From a virus, in IMG/VR virus record IMGVR_UViG_3300045988_101835: a stretch of 64,000 bases of DNA. One strand, written 5' to 3'. Both the position numbers and the translations under genes were made by a program. Each line of letters begins with the position of its first letter. Position 1 is the stretch's first letter. This document shows, piece after piece, positions 26,101-34,369 of this stretch. The notes under the pieces were generated by a model. That model worked only from the letters and a program-made list of their open reading frames with translations, did not search any database and had not been told where the DNA came from.

Positions 26101-26983
26101 AGGTGCTGATTCGGTTACTATTACTGAAGGTGCTGCTGGTCGCATCTCCGTTGGTCTGGCTGCTGACTTGGGCGATACTGAAGTTTCTGCGGCTGCGGCT
26201 GCACTTGACAACGTTGCTCGGGTCTTGGGTTATGCAGCATCGAAAGAAGCTGATGGTCGCACCTTCTTGTTGACTCCGCTTCGTGTTTCGGATTCTGTAG
26301 AGGATGCAGCTAGTTTAGTAGCTTCTCTGGAGTCTGACTCGTCTATCGAGAATCAGCGTCGTGTTGCCGACATAATGCTGAAGAATGATATGCATGTTCT
26401 GAAGGATGGTCGCAAGGAGATTATGGTCATTGCTAATGCCGATACTGATATTCCGTTGTTCTCCTTCAAGCAGCATGCGTGGATGAATATTCACGATAAG
26501 GCTTTGGATTCTGGCGATGCTTTTGGGGTTTATAATCTCAAAGAGCGTAGATGGTTCTTGGCTCCGGAGGATGCCCGTGCGGCTCGTTGGGGTTTTGAAG
26601 ATGCAGCTAAGCGTTATGCCAGCAAGGAAGATGCTGAGGCAGCTCTTAATGAGGTGGCGGAGCTTCAGCCCGGTACAGCCAAGAGTGCTTTTGTTGTGAA
26701 GCCGTTGGGTCGGGTTTCGGACTCGGAGAAGCGTTCGGATTTCGTCTTTCCTGCGGATTCCTCGGATGTGAATGACGGCAAGGGTCACTTTCCTTTGAAC
26801 AGTCTCCGTCGTGCTCGTGCTGCTATCGCTTACGCGAATAAGTATCAGGAGCTTCCTACGTGGTACTCGGGTGATCTTGACCTGAAGGGCTTCGTCGATA
26901 AGATTGTGTCGGAGGTCAAGAAGCAGTATCCGTCTATTGAAATTTCCCCGGAGTCTTATATTCCTGCTCCGGATCAGAAATAG
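23153..26983 (+). CDS. Very large (1276 aa) late protein with an internal duplication; possibly virion-associated
   Basis: Longest ORF in the window. Repeated modules at about aa 165-350 and 455-640. Terminator immediately downstream. Confidence 0.8.
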   Translation: MGKGFWEHMVADSTSWVQDSNERLKEYLEGSLSKAGLESFVTVMPRRDGYRIYAGEKPDAPFAYVDVYLDGNALVVEGSSKRHLSEQEMGDLARFLGISGSEAGEKLNRFRKFIDALQKHAGEDVDKLEDLKVSDACGKAAKGQKIGKAAPEAIVSDDFGASAEVYLAHDGDMSFDDAADIISSFNTDYSLEDGLLWVSEKWVDPSDSATEVNLAFAAGILGIANGDDIVASDLYASLSDDEVYEKLAVKDLVVQVYTSDHREHHEFIYKDPSYELLRKVARTVLFFSEARDNYKDTYEGLKKILPAAQISDSVSVNFKNSKGGSVVRQLAGQRIGKDVSKARPVRDSKASEVAKIDKALDLVRNAYKSTGKKSEVKGMSLDIKGLDDAVVDLKAYKSGKEDKIAVEIRWKDGERKGFDYGIDAKASHVYGDIVSLKKVADSLEDPTEDLIGVAREGDVTYAEVESIFSSNGVKPSLDDRIFWVNYKWDDPEASGGTVRIDLSSGLAGIGVLDEYESLFVMQEDRFLQEVKVDYALVQTTLYPDSKDAEIEYKEFYYENPSKFTLSRISRLFKAVSIMALSYEGTVQLLEAGLPKEGRVSDSVHVDIKNRKGGASVRQVEGSCIGKPVAKACPVRDSKLAGQKVGKAAPKAKVSDFAAVPESALVPFQNAWAKLQSNSKLPKAKTSIDYMGDLIPVELERKGADAVDVRVNGKSVGSYDLKKDSADYVFNAIIGRDDTTVGDRVDNGLSKTSDAAGNSGIEMLKLLSHLLLNDIDYTLQDDGSVDVDIPIGSGSDGSIAITLSGNAPDLNSALKGTVTNANISVSVNGSGVRSWVVSSLDASKLKDVLLDLHALSGSSSATVDEAIAILDVAYEDFAKSAVADAVEGTFAPQTKVRIKSLLTTDPYGHSGDAGVVLGRLDVDPDTVVVLFESGVPVALYDIDAIALDGTPAKTQDAAPAPFAKVKEGLELFVPLAITAHGGSVGADSVTITEGAAGRISVGLAADLGDTEVSAAAAALDNVARVLGYAASKEADGRTFLLTPLRVSDSVEDAASLVASLESDSSIENQRRVADIMLKNDMHVLKDGRKEIMVIANADTDIPLFSFKQHAWMNIHDKALDSGDAFGVYNLKERRWFLAPEDARAARWGFEDAAKRYASKEDAEAALNEVAELQPGTAKSAFVVKPLGRVSDSEKRSDFVFPADSSDVNDGKGHFPLNSLRRARAAIAYANKYQELPTWYSGDLDLKGFVDKIVSEVKKQYPSIEISPESYIPAPDQK

Positions 26984-27006
26984 GTTGGTATAATTTTTAA
27001 GTGAGA

Positions 27007-27032
27007 GGTGGAGTTTCGGCTCCACCTTTTTT
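27007..27032 (+). terminator. Rho-independent terminator (ggtggag-tttcgg-ctccacc-tttttt)
   Basis: Perfect 7-bp stem followed by T6. Confidence 0.8.
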
Positions 27033-27043
27033 ATTGCATTAAT

Positions 27044-27075
27044 TTGTTTATTAAATTAATTATACTTATATTTGT
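27044..27075 (+). promoter_or_regulatory. Bacteroidota-type promoter (TTTG, 20 nt, TAtaTTTG)
   Basis: tttg at 27044-27047 and tatatttg at 27068-27075. Confidence 0.65.
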
Positions 27076-27117
27076 AGCATGAAGTACGTTGATTGTGCAA
27101 CTTAATATGCTTTGGTA

Positions 27118-27465
27118 ATGAGTAAGTGTTTGTCATTTGCAGATGTTTATGAGGTGCTGGAGGCGTCTTCCTCGGCTGGCCATTCGTACGGGAGTGACGG
27201 CTGCTTTCGTGTCTTCTACGACGGTGCTTCTGTATCATGTTGCCTTGAGGTTCATACAGCATTGTCTACGTTTCCGTCGCGCGATATGCGTGAGGTTCCT
27301 GTTCATTCTTTGCTTGTAGATTTTGTGTCGTTTGCGTATCAGGGGTCTGCTCCTGACATGTCTCGCACTTTGGAGTTCCAGTCTCCGACGTCGTTGTGGT
27401 TGGTTTCGAAGGTTGTGTCTGTGTTGCAAGACCTTTGTGCATCATGTCGCGGGGGGTCTTCCTAA
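27118..27465 (+). CDS. Hypothetical protein
   Basis: ATG at 27118 in ORF-track ORF 27112..27465. Confidence 0.5.
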   Translation: MSKCLSFADVYEVLEASSSAGHSYGSDGCFRVFYDGASVSCCLEVHTALSTFPSRDMREVPVHSLLVDFVSFAYQGSAPDMSRTLEFQSPTSLWLVSKVVSVLQDLCASCRGGSS

Positions 27466-27469
27466 CCGT

Positions 27470-27553
27470 ATGGTTATTGTAGACCAAGTCGTTGCTTCGC
27501 TTCAGTCTTTGGGTTTCACTCTTGGTAACTTTCCGATTTATGGTGACGAGTAA
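27470..27553 (+). CDS. Possible 27-aa peptide (MVIVDQVVASLQSLGFTLGNFPIYGDE)
   Basis: ATG-initiated tail of ORF-track frame 27323..27553. It fills an intergenic gap. Confidence 0.3.
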   Translation: MVIVDQVVASLQSLGFTLGNFPIYGDE

Positions 27554-27926
27554 ACGTGATGCCTTCTTTGCAGATGTTGCTAAGCGGCGCATCGATAGCG
27601 AGTTCTGGGTTGATCCGACTGGCCGTGTTGTTCGTCTTCGTGTGTCGGACGATCTGGACTGGGCTGTTATTTCAAGTATTGTTTCTATGCATGGGAGTAT
27701 TGCAGAGCAGCAGTTCAGTGATTGTATTGGCTCTCCGGAGGATTATGCTAGGAAGTTGGGTTGGATTTCTGTTCAGCTTGATAACGAGTATCGTGCCCCT
27801 CATTGCTACAAAGAGCCTACGCAGTCGCAGATAAATACGATGTTTGATTTTGGTTACGCTCTTAATGATGGTACGGGGTTCTCAATGCTTGGTCCTGTGT
27901 GGTCGTTTCATAAATTGCCGAAGTGA
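27540..27926 (+). CDS. Hypothetical protein
   Basis: ATG at 27540 in ORF-track ORF 27492..27926. Confidence 0.5.
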   Translation: MVTSKRDAFFADVAKRRIDSEFWVDPTGRVVRLRVSDDLDWAVISSIVSMHGSIAEQQFSDCIGSPEDYARKLGWISVQLDNEYRAPHCYKEPTQSQINTMFDFGYALNDGTGFSMLGPVWSFHKLPK

Positions 27927-28156
27927 TGAATTGTTCTTTTCTGAAGCGGTTTTCGCGTTCTGCTTTCTTACGGGGCGGAGTTGTTAGTCACCATAAGTTC
28001 GCCTACTTAGTATTTGATTGGCGGCGTTTGTCTGTCGAGTTGGGTGCGGACTGGTATGGCCTTGCGTTTGGGCTTCGTCTGTCTTGCTGGGCCGTACGAG
28101 TTGACTTTTTGGTTTTCAACTTTGAGGTTTCTTTGGTTTCGGAGGATGAGTCATAG
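27926..28156 (+). CDS. Hypothetical protein
   Basis: ATG at 27926 overlaps the upstream TGA. Confidence 0.45.
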   Translation: MNCSFLKRFSRSAFLRGGVVSHHKFAYLVFDWRRLSVELGADWYGLAFGLRLSCWAVRVDFLVFNFEVSLVSEDES

Positions 28157-28165
28157 GGTTGGTGC

Positions 28166-30949
28166 ATGATGATACGTTCGGTGCGGTTTATAGAGTCTTA
28201 TTATAAGGTCCTGCATAACGGTTGTGAGTTTTACAACCGGGATGCAGGTCTTATGACGTCTGATGATTTTAAGTCTTCGGATGTCAAGTGGCTCATTGTG
28301 TTTCCGTCTTCGTCGTTCGACAAGGATAATTCGATGACGCCTACGGTTCTGTTGGACTTTGTTCGCAGTTCGTGTCCGGGTGTCTTCATTGACTTTGCTT
28401 TTCTGCCTTGCCGGGATGACATTCGGTGGTATGACAAGGAGAGTATGCCTTACGCTATTGGTGTGTCATCCCATCTGGACGCTTCTCACTTTGACATTGT
28501 AGGCTTTAGTATTTCGTGCTTGTACGAGATTCCGGTAGTTCCGTGGATGCTTCAGTCTTTTTCGCGCTGCGATAAGCCTATTCCGCTTTCGTGGTCGGAG
28601 CGGAGTAAGTATAATATTGATGAGCTTCCGGTCATCTATGCAGGCGGTGCTTCTGTGGTCTACTCAGACATTCTGTTTGGTGATTTAGGCGATGGTCGCA
28701 AGAGCTATCTGGATTTCATGCATCTGGGTCAGGTCTGGTCCCAGACTCGCCTACTGCAGCTCATGTTGAATAAGAAGTACAAGAATCCGATTCGTATTGG
28801 TCGTGTTCCTTATCTTCTTTGGGAGCGTGGTGATCGTCATTGCTATATGCCGCAGGCTTATGATATTGTCTTTGATGGTTGTCGTGTAGTATCGGTTACG
28901 CCGACGTCATCTTCCGTCCCTTCGTCGGTTGTTTTTAATACGGGTCAGGAGAAGCCGTCGGGGCTTCTTGGTGCTTCTCGGGGTTATCTTCGTGGTTCGG
29001 GTGGCAACGCGGGGCTGGCTATGGTCTCTGCTGCGGAGGGTTGTGGCTTTACGGGTAACTGTACCTTTTGTGCCGAGGGTCACATTGCGGGGGGCTTGCA
29101 TGAGGAGTCGCAGGATGATATTGTTCGTATGGCCCGGGCAGCTAAGATATCGTCGGGTGCGGATACGGTTAAGCTTGCGTCTTACAATTTGAATTATCTT
29201 ACGGATTGGAAAGGCACGGTTGCTAGGGTTCAGGAGGTTTTTCCTACTGTTTCCTTCAGCAATATGCGGATGGAGGAGCTTGGTCGGGATGAGGATGCTA
29301 TGGAGCTGCTTTTTCAGCTAGGGTTCCGTCGCGGCACTGCTCCTATTGAGGGTATTAGTCCTCGTATTCGTAATGGGTATTATAATAAGGGGCTGTCCGA
29401 GGAGGCGCTGGATTCTTACATGCGTTTCATGGTTCATAGGGGTTGCTTGGACATCAAGGTTGGTATTGTCCTTTGCGGCCTTGAGGAGGGTGCTGATTGG
29501 CAGTGGTTGTATGACTTCACTAAGCGCTGGAAGGACTACGCTGCTTCCCGCGGGGGTAAGCTACCTATTCGGTATCGTTGTACGCCTTTGGTTCAGTATC
29601 CTTTGACGCCTATGGAGTATACGGCTAAGTCCGCCGCTCGCATTAGTTATGAGGATGGTGAGTGGGTTCCACGGTATTGGTTTGACAAGTTTGCTGCGGA
29701 GCTTGATACGCGCATTCAGGTTAACGGCTATCGTTACAGTACGTTGCTGGAGCAGGTTTTTGTGAGCTTGGGTCGTAAGATGACTTCGTCCTTGCAGTCG
29801 GTTTTGTCTTCCGGGCATTTCCTGTACAACATGCGCGCTTTGACTACTTCGTCTTTTATGGATGATATCCGTTCGGTTATTTCCGCCGATGCTGCATCTT
29901 TCTTTGAGATGCCGGATATTGATTCCTATGTTTCCATTCTGTCGGCGGTGTCCTCTCCTTTTTCAGAGGTTTGTAAGTTGCAGGGACGTAACATCCAGTC
30001 GGGGCTTTCGGCGCTTCCTATGAGTCGTTGCCTTCGTACTAATGCAGTAGATCGCCTTACATGCTATGAGAAGATTTCAGGGGGTTGTACGGGGTGTGTT
30101 GGGAAGGCTGCCTCCTTGCGTCCATTTAACCGTCAGTTGCTATCTTCGGTCACTTCGAAGGATATTCTTGCCGTTGTTAAGCCAGAAACGGTCCAAACGC
30201 TTCGTTTCAGGATAAAGAGGTATGGTTACGCCACAGTTTTAAATCCGCGTCATACAGCGCATATTTTGGCCTCGGCATTAATGCAGCATTCTGAGGTTTC
30301 GGCTGCGTCCTTTATTCGTGTATCGAAGATTCACTCTATGTATGGTCAGTCTTATGCGGATAGTCATTGGGACGTTAGTGGGAGTCAGTTAGTAGACCTT
30401 GAGTTTAGGACATTGCTTTCTACAGATGTGGTTAATGCTGCGATTGCGTCTGCGAATTCGATACTACAGTCTTTTACGATTATGGGCTTCTCGGATGGGA
30501 GTCTTGATTCCGGTATTGAGTTGACAGACATGAATGTTTTCACGTTCCGGTCGGATTTGCCATTGGAGGTTTGGGATTTCGTTTTGCCGGAGTACGATGG
30601 TTCTGTCATGGTCCTTGAGGGTGACAAGTATTATCCTCATCTTTTGAAGTCGGGGCCGTTATCTGCCCCGGTTGTTGGGGGTGCTTCGGGAGGTTCGAAG
30701 GGTGTCTTCGTGCTTCCGGTCCGTTGCAATCCGTGGTACTATCTTCGTGCTGTTTTGCGTCCTAAGCGAGTACATCCCAATAAACTTTATAGAGATACGT
30801 TTATTGACTGCGTTACAACGGTTAGGGTTAGGGATTATGCTGCTTGTAGTGGCTGTGGTTCCTCGAATGCCGTTTATGATATAGGTTCGGGTAAGCCTTA
30901 TAACTTCTGCACGAGTTGTTTGGCAAAGTTATTATTGAAGAAGTTGTGA
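28166..30949 (+). CDS. B12-binding-domain radical SAM protein (TIGR03960/DUF2344-like) with an atypical CX5CX2C cluster motif and a C-terminal zinc ribbon
   Basis: AAEGCGFTGNCTFCAEG. GTAPIEGISPRIRNGYYNKGLSEE resembles TFAPEAGSqRLRdvInKgite. The N-terminal region resembles a B12 domain. CSGCG...CTSC at the end. Confidence 0.65.
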   Translation: MMIRSVRFIESYYKVLHNGCEFYNRDAGLMTSDDFKSSDVKWLIVFPSSSFDKDNSMTPTVLLDFVRSSCPGVFIDFAFLPCRDDIRWYDKESMPYAIGVSSHLDASHFDIVGFSISCLYEIPVVPWMLQSFSRCDKPIPLSWSERSKYNIDELPVIYAGGASVVYSDILFGDLGDGRKSYLDFMHLGQVWSQTRLLQLMLNKKYKNPIRIGRVPYLLWERGDRHCYMPQAYDIVFDGCRVVSVTPTSSSVPSSVVFNTGQEKPSGLLGASRGYLRGSGGNAGLAMVSAAEGCGFTGNCTFCAEGHIAGGLHEESQDDIVRMARAAKISSGADTVKLASYNLNYLTDWKGTVARVQEVFPTVSFSNMRMEELGRDEDAMELLFQLGFRRGTAPIEGISPRIRNGYYNKGLSEEALDSYMRFMVHRGCLDIKVGIVLCGLEEGADWQWLYDFTKRWKDYAASRGGKLPIRYRCTPLVQYPLTPMEYTAKSAARISYEDGEWVPRYWFDKFAAELDTRIQVNGYRYSTLLEQVFVSLGRKMTSSLQSVLSSGHFLYNMRALTTSSFMDDIRSVISADAASFFEMPDIDSYVSILSAVSSPFSEVCKLQGRNIQSGLSALPMSRCLRTNAVDRLTCYEKISGGCTGCVGKAASLRPFNRQLLSSVTSKDILAVVKPETVQTLRFRIKRYGYATVLNPRHTAHILASALMQHSEVSAASFIRVSKIHSMYGQSYADSHWDVSGSQLVDLEFRTLLSTDVVNAAIASANSILQSFTIMGFSDGSLDSGIELTDMNVFTFRSDLPLEVWDFVLPEYDGSVMVLEGDKYYPHLLKSGPLSAPVVGGASGGSKGVFVLPVRCNPWYYLRAVLRPKRVHPNKLYRDTFIDCVTTVRVRDYAACSGCGSSNAVYDIGSGKPYNFCTSCLAKLLLKKL

Positions 30950-31239
30950 GTGAGTTTGAGTGCAGCTTGAAGTGGCTTATTGCTGATCTGTGTATTTGTT
31001 CCCATTCTTTGTTGCGGGGTAAGTCCGTAACCCGGAGTTTTGGTTTTGCTGATTTCGGTGTTTATGGGACGATACGTTTTACACGGAGTGCTACGGATAA
31101 CTACTCATTGACTGGCGTATTCAGTGGCAATGGCTCGGATCAGTTTGGCGAGTTGGTCATTCCTTATTGCCCTTACGTGGGTTTTGACGAATACGCTCGC
31201 AATTTTGTTGATTTTATAAAAGAAAAAGTTTTAGTTTGA
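30946..31239 (+). CDS. Hypothetical protein (GTG start overlapping the upstream stop)
   Basis: GTGA overlap at 30946-30949. Confidence 0.45.
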   Translation: MSEFECSLKWLIADLCICSHSLLRGKSVTRSFGFADFGVYGTIRFTRSATDNYSLTGVFSGNGSDQFGELVIPYCPYVGFDEYARNFVDFIKEKVLV

Positions 31240-31242
31240 GTA

Positions 31243-31557
31243 ATGGGAAGAAGTGTTTCTCGTGAGAGTGTTGAGGTTCGTCCGGGTTTTTCCGTTGATA
31301 TGACGGGCCAGCAGCGAGCTTTTTGGTCTACGCTTACGTCGGTTCCGGTTGGGGATCAAGTGTCCACGGAGGAGCTTTCTACGAAGCTGGATATTGAGAT
31401 TCGCAATTTGCGTGTCTTGAAGAACAAGGTCGGGCGACTGGTATCACCTGCTTATATCATTAAGAGTAAGTGGGGTGGTTTTTACAGTTTGGTTCCGGTT
31501 TCGGATCAGGCTGCGGAGTCTACACCGACCGTTGCTTCGGAGTCGGTTTCGGAGTAG
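31243..31557 (+). CDS. OmpR/PhoB-type winged-helix DNA-binding protein
   Basis: MTGQQRAFWSTL...VSTEELS...IRNLRVLKNKVGRL...IIKSKWGGFYSL resembles the Trans_reg_C pattern. Confidence 0.5.
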   Translation: MGRSVSRESVEVRPGFSVDMTGQQRAFWSTLTSVPVGDQVSTEELSTKLDIEIRNLRVLKNKVGRLVSPAYIIKSKWGGFYSLVPVSDQAAESTPTVASESVSE

Positions 31558-31566
31558 TGGTGTTCT

Positions 31567-32172
31567 ATGAATCTTCCGGTGAGTCATATATGTCTACCTC
31601 CGGGGTTTCGTCACAAAAATTACCAGTGGTTAAAGTTGCTGGAGTTGTGGGGCGGTATTCGTGGTGGTGTTGAGGTTCGTGAGAACTTCATTACGGACGA
31701 TTTGGCTGTAGATGTTTTGGAGCATCTGCCGTGTGCATCGGGGGATCGTATTTCCTTTTGGTATACCCGAGACGTTGGGGGTCGTGGCAAAAATACTTCC
31801 GTTGACTACTTTGGTTTGGTAGGTTTATCCTTGTTGAACTTGTCGGACCGTCGTGTCATTATTACGGAGGGTGTTTCTGATTATTTGTCTGCTAAGTTGT
31901 GCTACCCGACCTTCAACGTTCTTGGGTTTACTTCTCTTGGTGGCAATTCGAAGGCTACCCGTATTGTCTTGTCGTTGTTCGACGAGCTTTATTATTTTGC
32001 GGATAATGACATGGATAAGCATGGGTTTAATACGGGTTTGCGTGCCGGGGGCAACGTTTTGAATTTTTATATGCGTCATGGTAAGCGTGTCCATGTTTTG
32101 ACACCGAATTTGCCTTATAAGGATACGACGCAGCAGTTTCTGGCAGACTTGGCGTTCGCGTTTAACAGTTAG
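31567..32172 (+). CDS. Toprim-domain protein (primase-like)
   Basis: VIITEGVSDYLS...LGFTSLGG...YYFADNDMDKHG...KD. Confidence 0.65.
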   Translation: MNLPVSHICLPPGFRHKNYQWLKLLELWGGIRGGVEVRENFITDDLAVDVLEHLPCASGDRISFWYTRDVGGRGKNTSVDYFGLVGLSLLNLSDRRVIITEGVSDYLSAKLCYPTFNVLGFTSLGGNSKATRIVLSLFDELYYFADNDMDKHGFNTGLRAGGNVLNFYMRHGKRVHVLTPNLPYKDTTQQFLADLAFAFNS

Positions 32173-32181
32173 GTTTCTTTT

Positions 32182-32958
32182 ATGGTTTACATGGGGTCTA
32201 AGGCGGCTTTGGTTTCGGAGCTTGGTCCTATTCTAAAGTCGCATTTGGTTTCGGATTCTCAGTGGTACATTGAGTGTTTTATGGGTGGTGGCAATATGAT
32301 TTCTATGATCGACCATCCTTTGCGCTGGGGTAATGACTACAATGATCTTCTGCCGGAGATGTTTTCGTATCTTCAGTCGAAGGTCTATTTTGATGAGCGC
32401 ACTTGTGAGTGGTGCTTTCCGGAGGATACTTTCCCCACGGAGGTATCTAAGGAGGAGTATATCTACATGCGTGGTCATAAGGAGGAGTTTCCGAAGTGGC
32501 TTGTGGCCTACGTTGGTTTCTGCTGTTCGTTTAAGGCTACGTTTTTTCAGGGTTATGCGGGTAAGATGTATCAGGATCGGAATCGCGCTTCTATTTTCAA
32601 GCAGTTCACGGCGCAGTATCATAACGGCATGCGGGGTGTTAAGCTGACTGCCGGGGATTATCGTGATATGGATATTCCGCGTGGGTCATTGTTGTACCTT
32701 GATCCGCCTTATGCCAATACGAGTGCTTATAAGTCTAGTGCAGGTTCTATTAATAAGTTCGATCATCCTGCGTTCTATCGTTGGTGTGTTTCACAGGTTA
32801 AGGACAATGAGTGTTCTGTGTTTTTGTCGGAGTATACGAAGCCGGATTACGGTACATGGGATACGGTTTGGCAGCAGATCAAGTTTAATAACATGTACTC
32901 GGGTGGTGGTCCTAAGCCGTTCAATGTAGAGAAGTTATTTCGCTGCATAGGTGAGTAA
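32182..32958 (+). CDS. dam: Dam-like DNA adenine methyltransferase (D12 class)
   Basis: MGSK, FMGGGN (motif I), ND.N, LLYLDPPY (motif IV), FLSEY. Confidence 0.8.
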   Translation: MVYMGSKAALVSELGPILKSHLVSDSQWYIECFMGGGNMISMIDHPLRWGNDYNDLLPEMFSYLQSKVYFDERTCEWCFPEDTFPTEVSKEEYIYMRGHKEEFPKWLVAYVGFCCSFKATFFQGYAGKMYQDRNRASIFKQFTAQYHNGMRGVKLTAGDYRDMDIPRGSLLYLDPPYANTSAYKSSAGSINKFDHPAFYRWCVSQVKDNECSVFLSEYTKPDYGTWDTVWQQIKFNNMYSGGGPKPFNVEKLFRCIGE

Positions 32959-32973
32959 GGTTTTTACCTTTTA

Positions 32974-33005
32974 TTTGGATTATTAAATTAACTTTTCTAT
33001 CTTTG
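32974..33005 (+). promoter_or_regulatory. Bacteroidota-type promoter (TTTG, 20 nt, TAtcTTTG), second copy of the promoter-leader cassette
   Basis: tttg at 32974-32977 and tatctttg at 32998-33005. Confidence 0.65.
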
Positions 33006-33050
33006 TGGTGTAGATATAGTTCTACAGGTAATTTAATATGGCTTTGAGTT

Positions 33051-33329
33051 ATGGGTACTACCTTCAAGGATTTGGCTTTGTTCTTTGTGTTTCTAGCTGA
33101 GGAAGGAGCTACGGCTCAGTTTTTCGAGAATTGGGTTCCCAACGATCCGTTTTGTCGTGCGTGTTCAGATATTGTAGGTTCGTTCACTTTGTGGGTTCAA
33201 AGATATGGCGTGGCTTGGGACTCTTATATTACTTCCTCTTTTCGTTGGGGGTGCTCCCTTGAAGGTCCTGCTTACTGGTCGGATTTAAACTTCAAATGGT
33301 TGAGTTATTATGGGACGGTTTGTAAGTAG
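33051..33329 (+). CDS. Hypothetical protein, paralog of ORF 2878..3177
   Basis: Shared F.FL.EEG...F......FRW...EG..YW.D...KW pattern. Confidence 0.55.
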   Translation: MGTTFKDLALFFVFLAEEGATAQFFENWVPNDPFCRACSDIVGSFTLWVQRYGVAWDSYITSSFRWGCSLEGPAYWSDLNFKWLSYYGTVCK

Positions 33330-33927
33330 CGACAGTGTGGTGTATACTCGCTTTTGCGAGATCATCAATGGGTTCACGGGTTATGCTATGACCCGTCAGG
33401 ACTTCGAGTCTATTCTGGAGCGATGTGGTAGTCCTTATGCGTGGAGTACGGTCCGGGCGTGGCTTAGGGGTTTGGAGCGCTTAGGCTTCGTTTATCCGTT
33501 GTATAACATCGACCAAGTGCGTTCGGGTGCTAAGCAGGTGTGGTTCTTGTATCATCCCTTGCTGCATCCTTTGCGTTCTACGGAGCTTAAGTACGCTAAG
33601 AGTCTTTCTCCTGTAGAGTCTATCCAGTTGAAGTTTTCTCCGGTTCTGTCTCGTTTAGGAGATACTCGTCCGTGGCATGCTGCTTTACATGCTATTAATT
33701 CTCGAGTTTTCCATGTAGACGTGAATCTTAAGTTCAAGATTGGTATGGGAGTTGTGAATCGGATTTTCGCTCCTCATGTTAATAGTTTGTTTGCGGCGCC
33801 TGTTGTATCTTCTATGTTTGTTATGAGCTTGATTGCTTCTGGGGTTTGTAAGAGGATTTACGAATTAAAGCTGCAGAAAGCCCACGCCTTTAGGCGTGGG
33901 ATGAATGCAGCCTATCTTTTCTTCTGA
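33310..33927 (+). CDS. Hypothetical (winged-helix-like) protein whose 3' end is replaced by IS605 left-end sequence
   Basis: The reading frame runs across the predicted IS boundary at 33861/33862. The last 22 codons are IS-derived. Confidence 0.6.
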   Translation: MGRFVSSDSVVYTRFCEIINGFTGYAMTRQDFESILERCGSPYAWSTVRAWLRGLERLGFVYPLYNIDQVRSGAKQVWFLYHPLLHPLRSTELKYAKSLSPVESIQLKFSPVLSRLGDTRPWHAALHAINSRVFHVDVNLKFKIGMGVVNRIFAPHVNSLFAAPVVSSMFVMSLIASGVCKRIYELKLQKAHAFRRGMNAAYLFF

Positions 33928-34310
33928 TCCTCGATATATCGACGTATTGTATCTTCAGAAATGTGTCCTATCGTCTCAACGTAATAGGATCGCGTCCAGA
34001 GGGTCGGCATGCGTGTCTGCAGCGACGGAAATTCAAGCCGGAGCGTATGTGATGTGTAACCCTTAAGCTGTGCCACAATCCGCGCAACCGGATCAATCGG
34101 GTTGGCCTTAATAAAAAGATGAACATGGTCGGGCATGACCTCCAGCGACTCGATAACCCATCCGAACTTGATAGCTTGCTCATGGAGCAAGACATTAAAA
34201 CGTTTTGCAATATCACCCGTTAAAACCTTTCGACGATACTTGGAGCACCAGATGATATGATAGGCTACATTATAGACGGAGCCTTTATTTATCTGCCAAC
34301 GGGTACGCAT
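33912..34310 (-). CDS. tnpA: IS200/IS605 Y1 (HUH) transposase TnpA
   Basis: MRTRWQINKGSVYNVAYHIIWCSKYRRKVL...MPDHVHLFI...GYTS...LWTRSYY carries the HUH and catalytic Tyr context. Internal ATG at 34310. Confidence 0.9.
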   Translation of the reverse strand: MRTRWQINKGSVYNVAYHIIWCSKYRRKVLTGDIAKRFNVLLHEQAIKFGWVIESLEVMPDHVHLFIKANPIDPVARIVAQLKGYTSHTLRLEFPSLQTRMPTLWTRSYYVETIGHISEDTIRRYIEDQKKR

Positions 34311-34318
34311 GGTTTTTA

Positions 34319-34350
34319 TTTGCAAAAATAGTATTCTATTCTTATATTTG
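34319..34350 (+). promoter_or_regulatory. Bacteroidota-type promoter inside the IS, driving tnpB
   Basis: tttg at 34319-34322 and tatatttg at 34343-34350, with 20-nt spacing. Confidence 0.6.
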
Positions 34351-34369
34351 TGGCATAAAGAGTACAATA

